DNA from: Schmidtea polychroa
Taxonomy: Eukaryota
Direction: 5' to 3'
DNA: 64,000 nucleotides
Assembly: GCA_044892525.1 (NCBI GenBank)
Contig: CM097886.1
Coordinates: 162,986,312-163,050,311 of the forward strand
The notes beneath the pieces were generated by a model. That model ran no database searches and had not been told where the DNA came from. It was given only the letters and a program-made list of their open reading frames with translations. This document shows, in pieces, positions 46,957 to 60,720 of the stretch. The position numbers and the translations under genes were made by a program. Position 1 is the first letter of the stretch, and every line of letters begins with the position of its first letter.

Positions 46957-47704
46957 TTACCGAAAAAATTTCTGGGACAAATTCACGTTGATCCTAAAAT
47001 TGAATAATAACAATTTTCTAAAAATAGTTTTATTCACTTTCAAAGGCTCTTTAAAAAGAAATACGCCTAATTTCGTTAACTGATTCATAACATCAATAAC
47101 AACTTTGTAATCAGAATCATTAGATTCGAATAAATTTATATTTGCCGGTTCCATATCCAGTATTTTGGTGTTGTATTGAGCATATAACTTCTGGCTAATA
47201 TTTCTCGATACTATTAGAATTCTATTTTTAGAAAACATAAGTTGCGAATCTTCAACTTCATTAATTTCCATTAAATTAAAAAACTTTAAAACATCTAAAA
47301 TAGAACGATCTGTAGACTAAAATTATATTGCAATATAATGGATCATTTTATATATTACTTCTAAAATATGTATTGCATGATTAGGATACAAAAGAAGCAA
47401 TCCCGTTACTCTGTTGTTATCAACAAATCTGTTAATGAATTTTTCACAAAAATCTTAAAATAAATAAATAAAAATTTAATTAACTAAAATATTACCTGCT
47501 ACTAACTGCCTGGAATCTAAAGATTTATTTGGTGGAAGTTTTGATACTATTGTTATACGATGTATAGACTCTTTCTTGATTTAAAATTAAAAAAAATATT
47601 AATATTCAATAAACACCTTTCCTGAATTGGAATCACGATCAAAAAAGTAATGATAAATTGATTTAGAAAATATTTCTTCATCTTCAATATCTACTATTGA
47701 AGTC
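46957..47704 (-). CDS. Hypothetical multi-exon host gene of unknown function; may extend further left
   Basis: ATG at 47704 gives MTSIVDIEDEEIFSKSIYHYFFDRDSNSGK followed by a GT donor; next exon KIKKESIHRITIVSKLPPNKSLDSRQLVA; ORF 46957-47271. No family recognised. Confidence 0.35.
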
Positions 47705-49840
47705 ATTATTATGTTACTATGATACTTGCTATATTAAATGATTAAAACAATTGATTAATGAAAACTATTTCAAAATAAATTTTATTTAACTTTAATAAAA
47801 TTAATTTAAAACAGTAGGGACTTTGAGTATCTTACTTTTTCGTAAATAAGTATGATAATATAAATTAAAAGTTAACTATACTATTTGTCGCTCCAAATTA
47901 AAAATTTGTTGATCAATAAAAAGTTTTCTCTTTTTGCGTAGCTCCATGGGTACAGTACGTTGAAAGCGCCAAAAATTCAATTACAATAAGATTTTTTTTA
48001 ACAAAACACAGAATAAATATATAAATTTATAGCAAATCGAAAAATTGCACATAAATGTAGGAAATAACTGATTTTTTCAAATTTTATGAGGTATACTTTT
48101 ATATAGTATGCTCAGTATTAATTTGAATAGTGCGCAGTATTTGATTAGACACATTATTTAGATCATAGAAATTCAGTTTGATAAAATTCGTTTAACGACA
48201 AATTTTAAAATAAATTATTTTTCATCGATTATATACACTGTGTATTGGATTCACCAAAGATATCTCCTATTTCTTAGTTTATTTTTAATACAGAAAAGCT
48301 AACAGAAACGATAGAATTTATAATATTTGTCAGCGAAGTTGCGTCTCATAAGTTTCGAATCGACGTAGTTACTATTAAAACAGTGGGTCGCTTTTAATTA
48401 CTTGTATACTCAGCATCAAGAATAATAGATGGTAATAGGTTTTGAAAGTATGTACCAGATGTTGGGAATCTGTGGCTTTATCTTTAAATAAAAATTTAGT
48501 TGAAAAAATTGAGTGATTGAGGATATTAATTAAACGAATATTTAATAGCAAAATAAAGTATGACCTTGATTACTCATCATGTCAATAAAAAGAAAAATAA
48601 ACAAAGTAAATTGAACATTTAGAGTGGAAGCTTGGTTATTTTTTATTTGTGAACGATATAATAGTCTGTTTATTATGTAATACAGTCCAAAATTCTAATC
48701 AAAAATGAAATTTATTTGAAATATAAAGAAATTAAATATGCTATATAAGAAGAAGAACATCATCAAACCGCACTCCAAATATTGAAAGAAGAGAAACTTC
48801 ATCAAATAGTAATTTTGATTACTATTATGCAGAAGAATACTCGTGCAATTGGTTGTACATACAAAATTGAACAAATACTTTGAAAAAAGGAAAGCCATTT
48901 AATGAAAGAGTGTCTTTATGAAAAGGTAAATTGAAAAGATCTAGAAAAAATTGATAAATACAATCACTTATCTCTTTCAAAAAAATAATTATTGAAAGAC
49001 AGCATAAATTACCTCATAATGTAATAAAAAAACTTCGCATCGTAACTCAAAAAAATGTGATTAGGCCTATAAGTCAAGCCCTAAGTTTTCATAATTTTCA
49101 TTAAAACGTATCTATTACCGAAAATATAAAGTTTTCAGAGCCGGCGATGATGTTGATGATATCTACACACTTTATTAGTTTATATGCATACAGTAACATT
49201 CTTGAACTACTACAACTTTTAATAGACTGTACGGTTTAGATTAAGTGGTATTTGGCTCAAAGTTAATTTTCCTATTGTTCATAATCAGATAAGAAACCAG
49301 ATGGTAATATGGATGAAATTGGTAAATAAAAAGTGTATTATATTTAAATATTTTGATTTTACAATATAAAACGTTTATTATATTCTTGTTCAAACTATTT
49401 TGATAACAATATTTATCTATATTCTAATAGAATGATATGCCCAATATGCCCAATTAATCTGATTTGGATGAATTAGAAGACCTCGCAGTTAGTAGTGATA
49501 ATACTAGTGAAACAGAGTGTTGGGTCTTAGGGATGTGTCAATTTGATTTTAAAATGTGTTAGGGGTACTTATAGATGTAGAATTGATTCCTTCCTAAATG
49601 CCTTCATGACTATTGTCTTTATACCATCTGTGTATTCACGGCGACGACCATGTTGGTGCTGTACACAATGGCTGAAAATCCATGAGTAGGTGAGTTCTAT
49701 TACTAAAACTACTCTTATTAGTAGTGTATATAATGGGAACACCGGCTCACCCCCACCTATTTTAGAGGCCACTAGACCTTCAATGCTTAGATTAAATAAA
49801 TTTTTAGATTTGAAGTTGGGTATTTCAACTCTAGACCCCA

Positions 49841-50591
49841 ACCTCTACTTAAGACCACCTCCCTAAAGAGACCACCTCTAGTTAAGACCTCTATTTCTTC
49901 GGAACCAAATTAACACAGTAGTTTACTGGGACAAATAACCCTCCATAATAGGACCACCCCTCTCGTTAAGACCACTTTTCGTAAAAAATATTTTTAGTTT
50001 AAATATTTTTTGTTTAAATATTTTTTTAAAATTAAAATGGGAATAAAAAAACGAGAAAGGAGCTTACATTGAGCGAGAAGATGGATGTTATTAAATCTTC
50101 TGAGCGAGGAGAAGGACAGAGACTTATTGCAAGACGATTTTCTTGTAGTAAAACGCAAGTCCACAATATCATTGTTAACAAAGAAGAAATAAAGGAGCTT
50201 TGGAACAAAAATGCAAATAAAAAACTAAAACGACTAAAAAATCAGCAGTTTAAACTTATCAATGAGTATGTTCTAGAGTGGTATAAAAACAAAGTGCTGC
50301 GAGGCTTTCCTATTAACGGAGAATTGTTGAAAGCATCAGCTAAGAAGATAGCTATTAGTCTAAACAACAATGTGTTTAAAGCTAGTAATGGCTGGTTGGA
50401 GAAATTCCTCAAGAGAAACAATATTACTTTGAGGGTTTTATCAGGTGAATCTGCTTCCGTAGAAGCCAAATCGAAGAGACAAACAACATTAGATGAGTTT
50501 TTATAATAAAATCTTCAATAATAGGACCACCTCTAGTAAAGACCACTTTTGGTCCGGAACCAAGGGTGGTCCTATTAGAGAGGATTCACTG
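49841..50591 (+). mobile_element. Internally deleted Tigger/pogo element retaining the CENP-B-type DNA-binding ORF (50069-50506)
   Basis: HTH-like EGQRLIARRFSCSKTQVHNI, then EWYKNK...GFPINGELLKASAKKIA...FKASNGWLEKFLKRNNI...SGES, fused to the C-terminal KRQTTLDEF. Right end ...GAGAGGATTCACTG followed by TA; repeated GACCAC subterminal motifs. Confidence 0.85.
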
Positions 50592-50830
50592 TATATTAAA
50601 AATATATTAAAAATTATATTAAAAATATTAAAGAATAGTAGGCTTTTATTTGTTACATAAGTTCAAATTATTATATAATAGTTTATTAGCAGTTTGTCTT
50701 TGACGTTTTTTAAGTGTTTCAAAATTAAAGTGTTTAAATTTGATTTTTTTAAACTACATAAAATTAGGAAAACGGGTAATTTATTTTTTGTTTGGCTTTG
50801 ATTATTGATAATAAATAAAAATAAATAAAC

Positions 50831-52649
50831 TAGGGCGGCAATTAAAACATGAAGAGGACCTATGAAAGCGGTACCATCAAAAGGCATAGAAAAAACTTCA
50901 GGAGTCAGCTATTAAAAGTTTAAAACCTATTTCAGATTTTTTCAATACAGATTCATCAAATCAAGCAGAAAGGCCTGCAATAATTCTTAATGAAGATTCC
51001 GCGGTTCAAACTACAGCAAATACAGTTAGAAAAATAGAGGAACTTGATGATAATACCTTTGAAAACATTGAGAGTGTAAGATGATGTAGTTTGTGCAATG
51101 GAATTACATGATGATAGCGTGCAACCTGAAAGTGAAATTGAAGTAAACATACTGAATATTGAAACAATAATGTGTTCCGATATTGGAATGCTAGATAAAA
51201 ATAACCAGGCTCAAATAACAGCATTTATGAAAATTCTATTTTACACAGGGAAATGTATATTTCGTGGGAAAATGCACAAAAAGCTGCTTTGAATAATCGT
51301 GTATTAGATAACTTGTTGGTAAAAGAACTTAAAAACGAAGTCACATATTGGAAAAACCTTTTGGAACGTTTTCTTGATATAATATTTTTTCTATCCGAGA
51401 AAGGACTAGCTTTTTTTTGGATCTAATGAGCGCATTGGAAATCCAAATAATGGTAATTTTCTGGGCTTAGTTGAACTTCTAAGTAAATATGATGCGATAT
51501 TATCAGAACATGTTACAAAAGTTCGCGCATCACAAGAAAAAAAAAGAGATTACAAGTTCATTATCTTTCAAATAAAATTCAAAATGAGTTTATCGACCTA
51601 TGTGGCTCATTTGTTCAAAAGAAATTATCGATGTAATCAATAACGCTCGGTAATTTTCTAGTATTGAGGATGCAACTCGAGAAATTGATATGGAGGCTAA
51701 TTTTGGATCAAAAATAACAAAGCACCGCGTTAGAAGAATAAATAGGAACTTCTCATACGAAGCACAAGATGAACCCATTAAAGATCCAAAAGAAAAATAT
51801 AAAATAAATGTTTTTAATTTTACAATCGATCAGGCAAAAAATGCACTAGAAGCTAGGTTTGAACATGTTAGTAATCATAATAACTATTTTCAATTCTTAT
51901 ACAACATATACGATTAAAATACCATGTCCAAAGAAATGCTATTAAAACACTGTAAGAATTTAGAATATATTTTAACTGACGGTGATTCTGTTGACATAAA
52001 TGGGGTAGAACTAGTTGTGGAAATTTCAGCAGTATCTGCTCTTTTGGGCAAAAAAAGAAAGCCCAAGCATCGTACTGAGTTAAAATTTGCCCCAAATCTT
52101 TCTATTGCTTTAAGAATATTGCTAACGATACCTATTACTATAGCGAGTGACGAAAAGAGTTTCTCTAAATTAAAATTAATTAAGAACTTTTTACGTTCGA
52201 CTACTGCAGAGAATTGTTTTAATGGTTTGGCCATTTAGTCAATTGACCATGAAATTTCTGATCAAATAAATTTAAAAGATGTAATAAAAAAGTTTGCAGA
52301 ACTGAAAATAAGAAAAATAAGTTATTTGTGATTTCAGAGTTAGTTGATGTTACCTTGTATTATTTTCAAAAAAAAATGGCATTTTCGCTGTTTGTGCAAT
52401 AATTCAATTGAATAGCATATGAAAATGTAAAAATTTATTTGGTTTAAAATTTGTGGCTAAATACAGATATTTCTTCATTTCTACTGTTTTGTACTGCTTG
52501 ACAATCAATGTTATGTTATGTTTCCTATTATTAAAATTTATATAATACTATTTGATTTTTATTGAAAAATAGGTACATTTATTTAAAAATAATATATTAA
52601 TATATATTCTAGATGGACAGCAAATAGTCTTTTTGTCCGGGCGGCGTTG
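50831..52649 (+). pseudogene. hAT (Tip100/ZMYM1-like) transposon with pseudogenised transposase
   Basis: NNGNFLGLVELLSKYD and NLSIALRILLTIPITIASDEKSFSKLKLIKNFLRST motifs; many frameshifts. Confidence 0.85.
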
Positions 52650-53236
52650 TCGCCAAATGATCGAAACCGTTTGATCGACTTATTTATCCGAAACCTATTG
52701 GCGTACGTTGGCGGTCTTTGTGCTATGCTACAAGATAGTTTTGGGTAAATAAATTCGCAATATGATGGTAGGAGTACGGTCTTGGAATTCTTAATGGTCA
52801 GAATTCGGGTGGAGCAGAGAGGAAGGTTCTGTTCACCTGTGACCTGGCCAGTGCAAATGGATTGACCCGTGTGGGTAGAAAACCTGGTTAACCGTCAGAT
52901 CGACCAGGCAGAGTAAACCTATGTACGACCCCGCTAGAACATTCCCATTCTAGTTAATTGTAGAATGAAACAAAATCGCGCAGTAATACGATTTTCGAAA
53001 CTAATATTTTGATGACGAGGGTAAGCCCATCACCACATTAACTCTCAATAAATATTACAAGACGGGGTCTAGAAAGTACCGAGTTAATTTATGTGCGAGG
53101 AGAGACAATAGATCAGAGTGAGAGGTCAATAATATTAGTTCGATCCAAGCCAATTCAAAAGCAATCCAACCCATATTGTACAGAACATGTTGTTTACAGT
53201 AGAATATCTTTTATGACAACTGACTATACCTTATGC

Positions 53237-55507
53237 CAGGGGTAGGCAAACTTTTTCTATAAAGGGCCACATAGAAAACTTGATTGTTATCGGGGGCCGC
53301 ATATATATTTTGTCTATTACATTACTTTAGTTACAATTTTTACAACTTATGAAAATATGAATTGATGAGAATAGTCATGTATTTGTCAGTTTATTTTACA
53401 TTCCCACTCTATTACAAATGCACATTACATTTTCAAATAGGAACTAAACGAATTGCAAATTTGGGAATAAGATTTTAATATTCATAATTATTCCAACAAA
53501 AGTTGATTGTTACACGTCATAATAATTATGAAGACAAAGAAATTTAATTTACATACAAGCCGACCACAATGTATAAATATAATTAATGAGAAGTATGTAA
53601 CTGTTCACAATTTTGAATAATTTTCTTGAACTGTGGAATCAGTTTACTGGTTGTGATTCGCATAACTGCATTTAAATTGCAGTCAGTCAACATCGATCTG
53701 TTCTTAGACTTATTTATTTTCATACAAGAAAACGCTTGCTCACAAATGTATGTGGACCCAAATAGTGACAAAAGCTTGGCAGCAAAGTGTTTTAGCTGCG
53801 GAAATACTGCTGCTGGCAAACATCCATAAAACTCCAGCAGAAGAACTGACTTGAACTTCTCCTTCAGGTCATTTTCTGCTTGTAAGTCAAGCAGTTCTAA
53901 CTGTATATCCTCTGGGGCTGAATCAGCTTCTGCACTAAATGGCGAACTGAGGATATTGAAGAGTGGTTCTAGGGTTTTGAAGTCTTGGAACCTCCTTTCA
54001 AACTCCACAACCAAGGCATCCAACTGAGCCTTGTACGTGTCAGCCATTTGACCAGAAATGGTATTCTGATTCAGCAAAAGGAAATGGCAAAACCTGTTTT
54101 CACCAGCTTGCCTGGAGAACAGGGAGAGTTTTGCCTGAAATGATTTAACATGTGCATACATTTCATGTGCAAACAAGCTATTGCCCTGAAGTTTAACATT
54201 CAGCTCATTCAACTTTTCCATAATGTCAATGGCAAATATGAAGTCTGACTTCCACTCTTCGTTAACAATGTTAGTGCCAAAGTCACAAACAACCCCCTTC
54301 ATCTCCAAGAACATAACTATTTCTTCCTTGAGATCCCACACTCGCCTTAATATCTTGCCTAGGCTTAGCCAGCGGACACTGCTGTGGTAGATAACGTCAG
54401 AATGTTCAGTTTCCAAATCTTTAAGCATTGTCTGAAACTGCCTGTGATTAAGTGCCCTGGATCTGATGAGGTTTATCACACTGACAACTGGATCAATAAC
54501 ATGCTTAATATGCAATGCAGCTTTACACAGACTTTCCTGATGGATGACACAGTGGAGAGGTAAAAGTGCATGGTTAGGATGTTTTTCTTTAATTTTATTA
54601 TTCATCAACTTCACCAGACCAACATTTTTTCCAGTCAAAGCTCGCGCTCCATCGGTTGTTACACTTGCCATCTTGTTCCACATCAACCCAGTTCTTTCAA
54701 CACAGTTCTCAACAGAGTTGAATAAATCCTGGCCTGTGGTTGTGTCTTTGAGCAGCTCAACACTAAGTAATTCTTCAGTAAGCTCGAAACGAGTGTTTAT
54801 TCCCCGTACAAATACCAACATTTGGGTTGTGTCCTGTACATCGGTACTTTCGTCCAATGCAAGAGAATAACATAAAAAGTCTTTGCTTGCATCTCGAAGT
54901 TGGTGCATCAAATTGTCACTTATCTTTTCAACACGCCTGACTACGGTTCTCTTTGATAAAGAAATGCTGTCAAATTTTGTTTTCTGTTCTGGACACATAA
55001 TGCTTGCTGCATCTGACAAGCATTCCTTAATGAACTCGCCGCCAGAAAAGGGCTTGTTACGTTTTACAATCTTATGGGACAGCATCAAACTGGTCTCGGT
55101 TGCAGTATCTTGTATTACAGAATGTTTGGTGAGAACAGTTTGCTGCTTCTTTAAATTATTAACCAACTCCTGGCATTTCTTTTTTCTCTCTTCGTTTGTT
55201 AAATTGCGCCCGAAATCCAAATGTCTTGTTTCGTAGTTTCTTTTCAAGTTGTACTCTTTAAGTTGTACTGCGGAAAAGCAGTTTTAATGTTAACTATTAA
55301 TGACCAGTAATTAATAATATTCTGGAGCCATAAAACCGATTTAATATCCATAAATTCGAATCAAAGCAACAAGAAATACATTTCAAATATATAGTCAAAA
55401 CTGCAAGTCTAAGCTCCAAACAAAGAAAATTAATTTCGCATAGGATCGCCACATGTACATGCATACAGGCCGCATGCGGCCCGCGGGCCGTAGTTTGGCC
55501 ACCCCTG
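53237..55507 (-). mobile_element. hAT DNA transposon (Buster/SPIN/Charlie group) with both TIRs
   Basis: TIRs CAGGGGTAGGCAAACT / AGTTTGGCCACCCCTG; perfect 8-bp TSD CCTTATGC at 53229-53236 and 55508-55515. Confidence 0.95.
53583..55247 (-). CDS. hAT transposase, N-terminal BED finger truncated
   Basis: 554-codon open frame with LALDESTD, VTTDGARA, HCVIHQE, VRWLS and FGSTYICEQAFS. The frame begins without ATG, within the BED-finger remnant (KEYNLKRNYETRH). Confidence 0.9.
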   Translation of the reverse strand: MKRNYETRHLDFGRNLTNEERKKKCQELVNNLKKQQTVLTKHSVIQDTATETSLMLSHKIVKRNKPFSGGEFIKECLSDAASIMCPEQKTKFDSISLSKRTVVRRVEKISDNLMHQLRDASKDFLCYSLALDESTDVQDTTQMLVFVRGINTRFELTEELLSVELLKDTTTGQDLFNSVENCVERTGLMWNKMASVTTDGARALTGKNVGLVKLMNNKIKEKHPNHALLPLHCVIHQESLCKAALHIKHVIDPVVSVINLIRSRALNHRQFQTMLKDLETEHSDVIYHSSVRWLSLGKILRRVWDLKEEIVMFLEMKGVVCDFGTNIVNEEWKSDFIFAIDIMEKLNELNVKLQGNSLFAHEMYAHVKSFQAKLSLFSRQAGENRFCHFLLLNQNTISGQMADTYKAQLDALVVEFERRFQDFKTLEPLFNILSSPFSAEADSAPEDIQLELLDLQAENDLKEKFKSVLLLEFYGCLPAAVFPQLKHFAAKLLSLFGSTYICEQAFSCMKINKSKNRSMLTDCNLNAVMRITTSKLIPQFKKIIQNCEQLHTSH

Positions 55508-56634
55508 CCTTATGCTATAATTTCCTTTATTATGTGTATATTGTATTGATTAACTTTTATTGTATATATCTAGAAAACAATCGATAATCCCATGTGCTAT
55601 AGCTCATTTAATAAATTTTATTCTTTAATACAATGTACAAATATGGTTTTGTGATTTATATTGGTGTATTGTTTTATTAAAAATTTATATTTTATTAGAT
55701 ATTTAACATTCTAATAAAAGTGGATTAAATAATAGTAATAGTAATTCACGAGTCAATCAAATATTTCATATAAACACAAGATATGAAAATATGTTAACAC
55801 GCAATTAACTTTTTGTTACGACGCTCTTAACCACCCTTAGCAGAAATATAAAATACATCATGGACAACAGAAAGATAGTCCTTAACCAAAATGAAGATAG
55901 TCATTAGAGCGTCTATTTCAACCAATCAAAATTGTTTAATTACACAAATCACGCACTAACAGAACATGTAATGATCTTTGCTTATTTTTCGCTCCCTTTT
56001 GAAACTGATTTGTTTTTATTAATTTTTACATTCTAATTAATATAACTCTTTGATGACTAGCCAGTTATATAAATTCCGAAGTGTGAGTTTATATCGCGTG
56101 TTACTTGCAAATTTTAAACGGCTCTTATTTCACTTCACTGTCAAAATTGTACTTTATGTACTTTAGGATAATTGCATCTTCCCATTACAAACCGCAAAAA
56201 TGCCTGACATAATCAACCAAGCAATTGGAAAGCGAAATAATTATATTTTGAAAGAGCAATGGATAATAGAATTCCATTTTCAGCCATACTCGCAGATTCA
56301 AAACTTCAGATTCACACATATCACACATATCGCGCGCACACAAACACACACCCACACTATCAACATCTAGAAGACAAAAATGATTTATATAGTTTGCAAT
56401 TTTCATTGCTAGTCGAGCACAAGATCGGAGAGATTAATTACAAGACATTAAAATTTGTCTACTATATTAAAGCACAACAAAATTAACATTTAATGATTTT
56501 TACTAATATTTGGAAAATGAAAGATTCTTAAAAGCAAATTGAACTTTCCAAAATTGCAATGGAAAATTAGGTAATAAAAACCTCTGGAACACATCAATTA
56601 ATTAATATTTTTCAAATAAAATGGTATTTAAAAA

Positions 56635-59395
56635 TCACAACTTCTCATTTCCCCGTTTATCGAGAGAAGATTTAAAAATAAAGTTATCACCACTTTTATC
56701 AAAATTTCTAAGATCCCAAGTAATATGATTATCTTTATGATATTTTGCTTCTTCTCGTTGTTTTTGTTCCAACTTACTTTTGGCATTTGTGGCTGCTTCA
56801 ATATTATGTAATTTTAAATGTTTAGTAACATCTTGCCATAATCTAAATTTTAAAGGATAATAAAATGAGAATAAATAAAACTAGGTTGTTTTTAATAGGA
56901 ACTTTAGAATAAATATAAATATTTTGCTTAACTAGGGGAGGATGATTTTTTTGGAAACATTTTAGACAAACAATAATTTTGTCGGGAACAATGACAATAT
57001 GAGAACAAAGCAACACCTACGAGGATATATAAAACATCATTGTCAGAAAAGCTCAATAAACGAACAAATTGGCATGATGCTAAATCAAACTAAAATGCTA
57101 TGATGTAGACTCAGAATAAAAGGGTATTGATATCATTGTTATTCATTTCTACCTCGGTTAATTTTTGCATAAGAGTCTGAGGATTTTAAAGAACATCGTT
57201 CAAGAAAAGGCTTAAAGATTTAGAATAGAAACGAAATTAATTTAGTCAAAAATTCTTATTTCGTAGAGCAGCCTGCTCTGAGCAGGGGTTCCCAACCTTT
57301 TCATAGTACCGTAAGTGTACGTTGTAAATAATTTGATGGCGTACTGGTAAACTTAATTTTTAATGGGGTATAAAATGCAATGTATATTTGTAATAAAGAC
57401 AAGTAACTAGGGATATGTATATATTTACTGCTCAACATACAAATAAAATATAATTATGCCTTAAAAAATAGTTAGTGAGAAGGTTAGGCTTGTTTATTAT
57501 TAACTAAAGAAAATTCGGGCTCAATGTTTGTCAGTTTAATGCGAAGATTTGATTCAATGTCCAACAAAGCTCTATACTTGGTGTTCATTGCAGACATTAC
57601 AGAAAATCCTAATTCACATACATATGTAGTCGGAAATGGCATTAAAAATTTTAGAAAATTAGAAATTGTAAAATATTAAAACGCATGGGTTATTTTAGTC
57701 ATGTTTTTTTCGCAAAACAGATTTTTGTTTTATATATAGTAAAGTAATTCTCGTACGGGCACTGGTAGGTGTACTTAAGGTTGGGAATACCTGTTGTAGG
57801 GGATGGTTGAATGGTTTCTCTGCGTAATTATATTTTAATATAAAGTATGTGAAATAATTAATAGCAAAATTTTTTTTAGAATTGGTAGAATACATTTTAT
57901 AAGAGCAGTATTATTTTGTGTGCTATCTTTCGTTTTGTTGTCAGACCTCAAGTTGTCCAACAAAAGTTCTTCGTCAGCAGAGCGATTTCCTCCTGCTTCA
58001 TTTCGTCAGTTTTCTTATGCATATGAATGATCAACTGTTCCCTATTGTGTGGTTTGGGTTCCTTAAACACACGGTCTTGTAACATAACTCATACATTCTC
58101 AATTGGAGTTAAATCCATGCATGGGAAATTATTATTCGATCACTCAGCAATCTTACAAATGAATTATTTCTTGCATTGGCGAACATTTCTATTTAAGGTT
58201 CCATTATTTAGCTCTTGCGTACATGAAGTGTAAATGTTTAAAAATGTAGTACCATAGATATTGAACTTTACAGGCCCCTTGTAAATAATTATAAACTTAA
58301 AGCAAACCTTTGTTTGATAGCTGTGTCATGTGGTCCAAAGCAATAACTCTAATCTATTTTCTTTTTAATAACGTCTTAACTTTTGTTTGCGACAAGAATA
58401 ACTAGTTGGCTAAGTTTTGAGTTTTATTAATTGGGCTCTCTAATTTCGTCACTTATTGTCAATTCAAATACTGAGGTACGAGGAGCCGAAATCTCCATAA
58501 ATTTGATTTTTTTTTATTTCAGCTTGACAGACTAACATTTTACTTGGAATTCATTTCCATTTTATGGTTACATTTAATATTATAATTGCTTTGCTCAAAA
58601 TTCTGTGTCTCTATATTAATTTGGCATAACTCCAACATGTTTATAACTCCATTCTCTGGTTGTCGCTGTAGATAAACAATGTGACCAGTAGTCAAGTCGA
58701 TCCATTAGCAGGCGAATTTCAATAAGTGAAACTTTCAATTCGAGCTTTGTTAATGTTAAATTCAATTAATTAATAAAATGTAATTAACATATTTACTTTC
58801 GAGATTCATATTCTAATTGTTCTGATCTAGGTTGAACCATTTTACGTAAAATTGGAATAGCATTTACGTCGATGAATAATTCGGCTTTCTAGTTTAAAAA
58901 AATTCATATATTATTAAAAAAATTTTTTTTTAAATTACGGTTTCATTTGCATATTTAGCAAACATTTTATCATTCCATTCTCCTTCAACAACTAAAAACG
59001 GTTTTTTCTCGTTAGGACTAAAACATTCAGCACGAATTTGATCTTTTTTACCGCCATAAAATGGTTTTGTTTTGAATTCAATTGTTGCACAATAACCAGT
59101 TTTAGAGCAAGTAAGGGAACATTTACCGCCCAATTCTATCCACGGTACACTGAGTATATTTCTGAAGGATTTTAAAAATGAAATTATACATTGAAATTAA
59201 CCTTCCATAGCCAGAAGGGAAAGTAACAACATATTCTTCATCCCAATCCATTAGAGAAATAATAGCATTCCCTATCATTTCTACACCAATACTCAATCCC
59301 AAAAATTTAGATTTCGTCCATAGATGACCATTTATATAAATTCTATTTTTTTTGTGTTCAGCATAAAATGCAGAAATAGGAGGATGATGAGAGAC
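56635..59395 (-). CDS. OSBPL9: Oxysterol-binding protein-related protein, ORP9/10/11 type; 3' exons only
   Basis: Exons 59202-59395 ([13 protein letters not shown]...TFPSGYGR), 58939-59161 ([12 protein letters not shown]...KPFYGGKK...EGEWN), 58797-58888 and 56635-56842 (LWQDVT...[19 protein letters not shown]) join in frame at GT-AG introns of 40, 50 and about 1950 bp. Upstream exons were not found in the window. Confidence 0.9.
57283..57793. mobile_element. hAT MITE in the ORP9 intron
   Basis: TIRs CAGGGGTTCCCAACCTT / AAGGTTGGGAATACCTG; TSD not conserved. Confidence 0.75.
57950..58350 (-). pseudogene. Tc1/mariner transposase C-terminal remnant in the ORP9 intron
   Basis: [16 protein letters not shown] (compare PDLNPIENVW), followed after a frameshift by KPHNREQL. 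Confidence 0.6.
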
Positions 59396-60215
59396 CTATA
59401 AAATTATATCTTTATTGAATGCTAGGAAATAAAGCAAAAATTGATTTAAAATAAATTTTGTAGACAAAATTGAATATGTCCATTGTTTATTGTAAATTAA
59501 ACTATTGTAAAATTAATTTGTTCTATTTTGAGGTTTTAAATTCAATTCACATGAATCTTACAAGAAGTTTGTCAAGAAAGCCGGTTCAAGGAGATGTTTA
59601 TTCAGATTTCCATTTTGAAATTCAGAAAGATTATACAAAATACTTATTATGCAAAATAAAGGGAACATGTAAAATTTGAAGATATAATAATAATGAAATC
59701 TTAATTAGCGATATATTAAATTGATTCAAATTACATTCCAAGAGGATTAGTCAAATATTATTTTCATTATGAAAATTTCGAGATTTTTATCGAAGATTTC
59801 AATTTCTAATACTCGATTAATTATATTTAATTACCCAGATTATAGCTTTGTGTGTAATATTTCATACACATCAATAATACATCATTCTTGTATACTGTTC
59901 GCAAAGCAAATCACAAGATATTTTCAAACACAGACTTTAGCAATCCATCGGGATACAAGGTATCCATCACAAAATTTCGTAGCTTTAATTTACTAATATT
60001 AATATGTTATGGTACCGTAATCATGTATTTTGTTGGGTTATGATATTCAATATAGGATACACCATTTCCAAATTGAATCTGCTATAAGTAGATAAAATAT
60101 GAGTCATATTTGCGTGACATAGTTTAGATAAGTAAGCTGTAATTAAATTGGATGAGTTGAAGAGTGTGCTTAATTACTAACGTGTTTCTGATTGCATGCC
60201 ACTAGTAAATATGTG

Positions 60216-60720
60216 TAAGCATTGAGCACTGTTCACATTTTTGGTTTAGAAATGACTAATGAAGGCATTACAAGTCAATTACAAAACAAATCCAAGGCAT
60301 GGACATGAATATAAATAACAAAGAATCACTTATTGTCTGATAAAACTAGCAGTTAGGATATATACACATTGATCATTGTGGTAACAATTCCAGTATAAGT
60401 ACTCAAGCTAATAGTGAATTTTTAGAAAAAATAACACAGGGAAAGTTCAAAAAAAATTATTGTTCAAAAAAAAATTAAGCATTGAGCACTGTTCACATTT
60501 TTGGTTTAGAAATGACTAATGAAGGCATTACAAGTCAATTACAAAACAAATCCAAGGCATGGACATGAATATAAATAACAAAGAATCACTTATTGTCTGA
60601 TAAAACTAGCAGTTAGGATATATACACATTGATCATTGTGGTAACAATTCCAGTATAAGTACTCAAGCTAATAGTGAATTTTTAGAAAAAATAACACAGG
60701 GAAAGTTCAAAAAAAATTAT
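60216..60720. repeat. Exact tandem duplication, 260-bp period
   Basis: TAAGCATTGAGCACTG...GTTCAAAAAAAATTAT at 60216-60460 and 60476-60720. Confidence 0.9.

Noticed and set aside
52660-52960. GC-richer island between two hAT elements
   Set aside because: No ORF, termini or homology to other parts of the window that I could establish; probably an unclassified repeat fragment.
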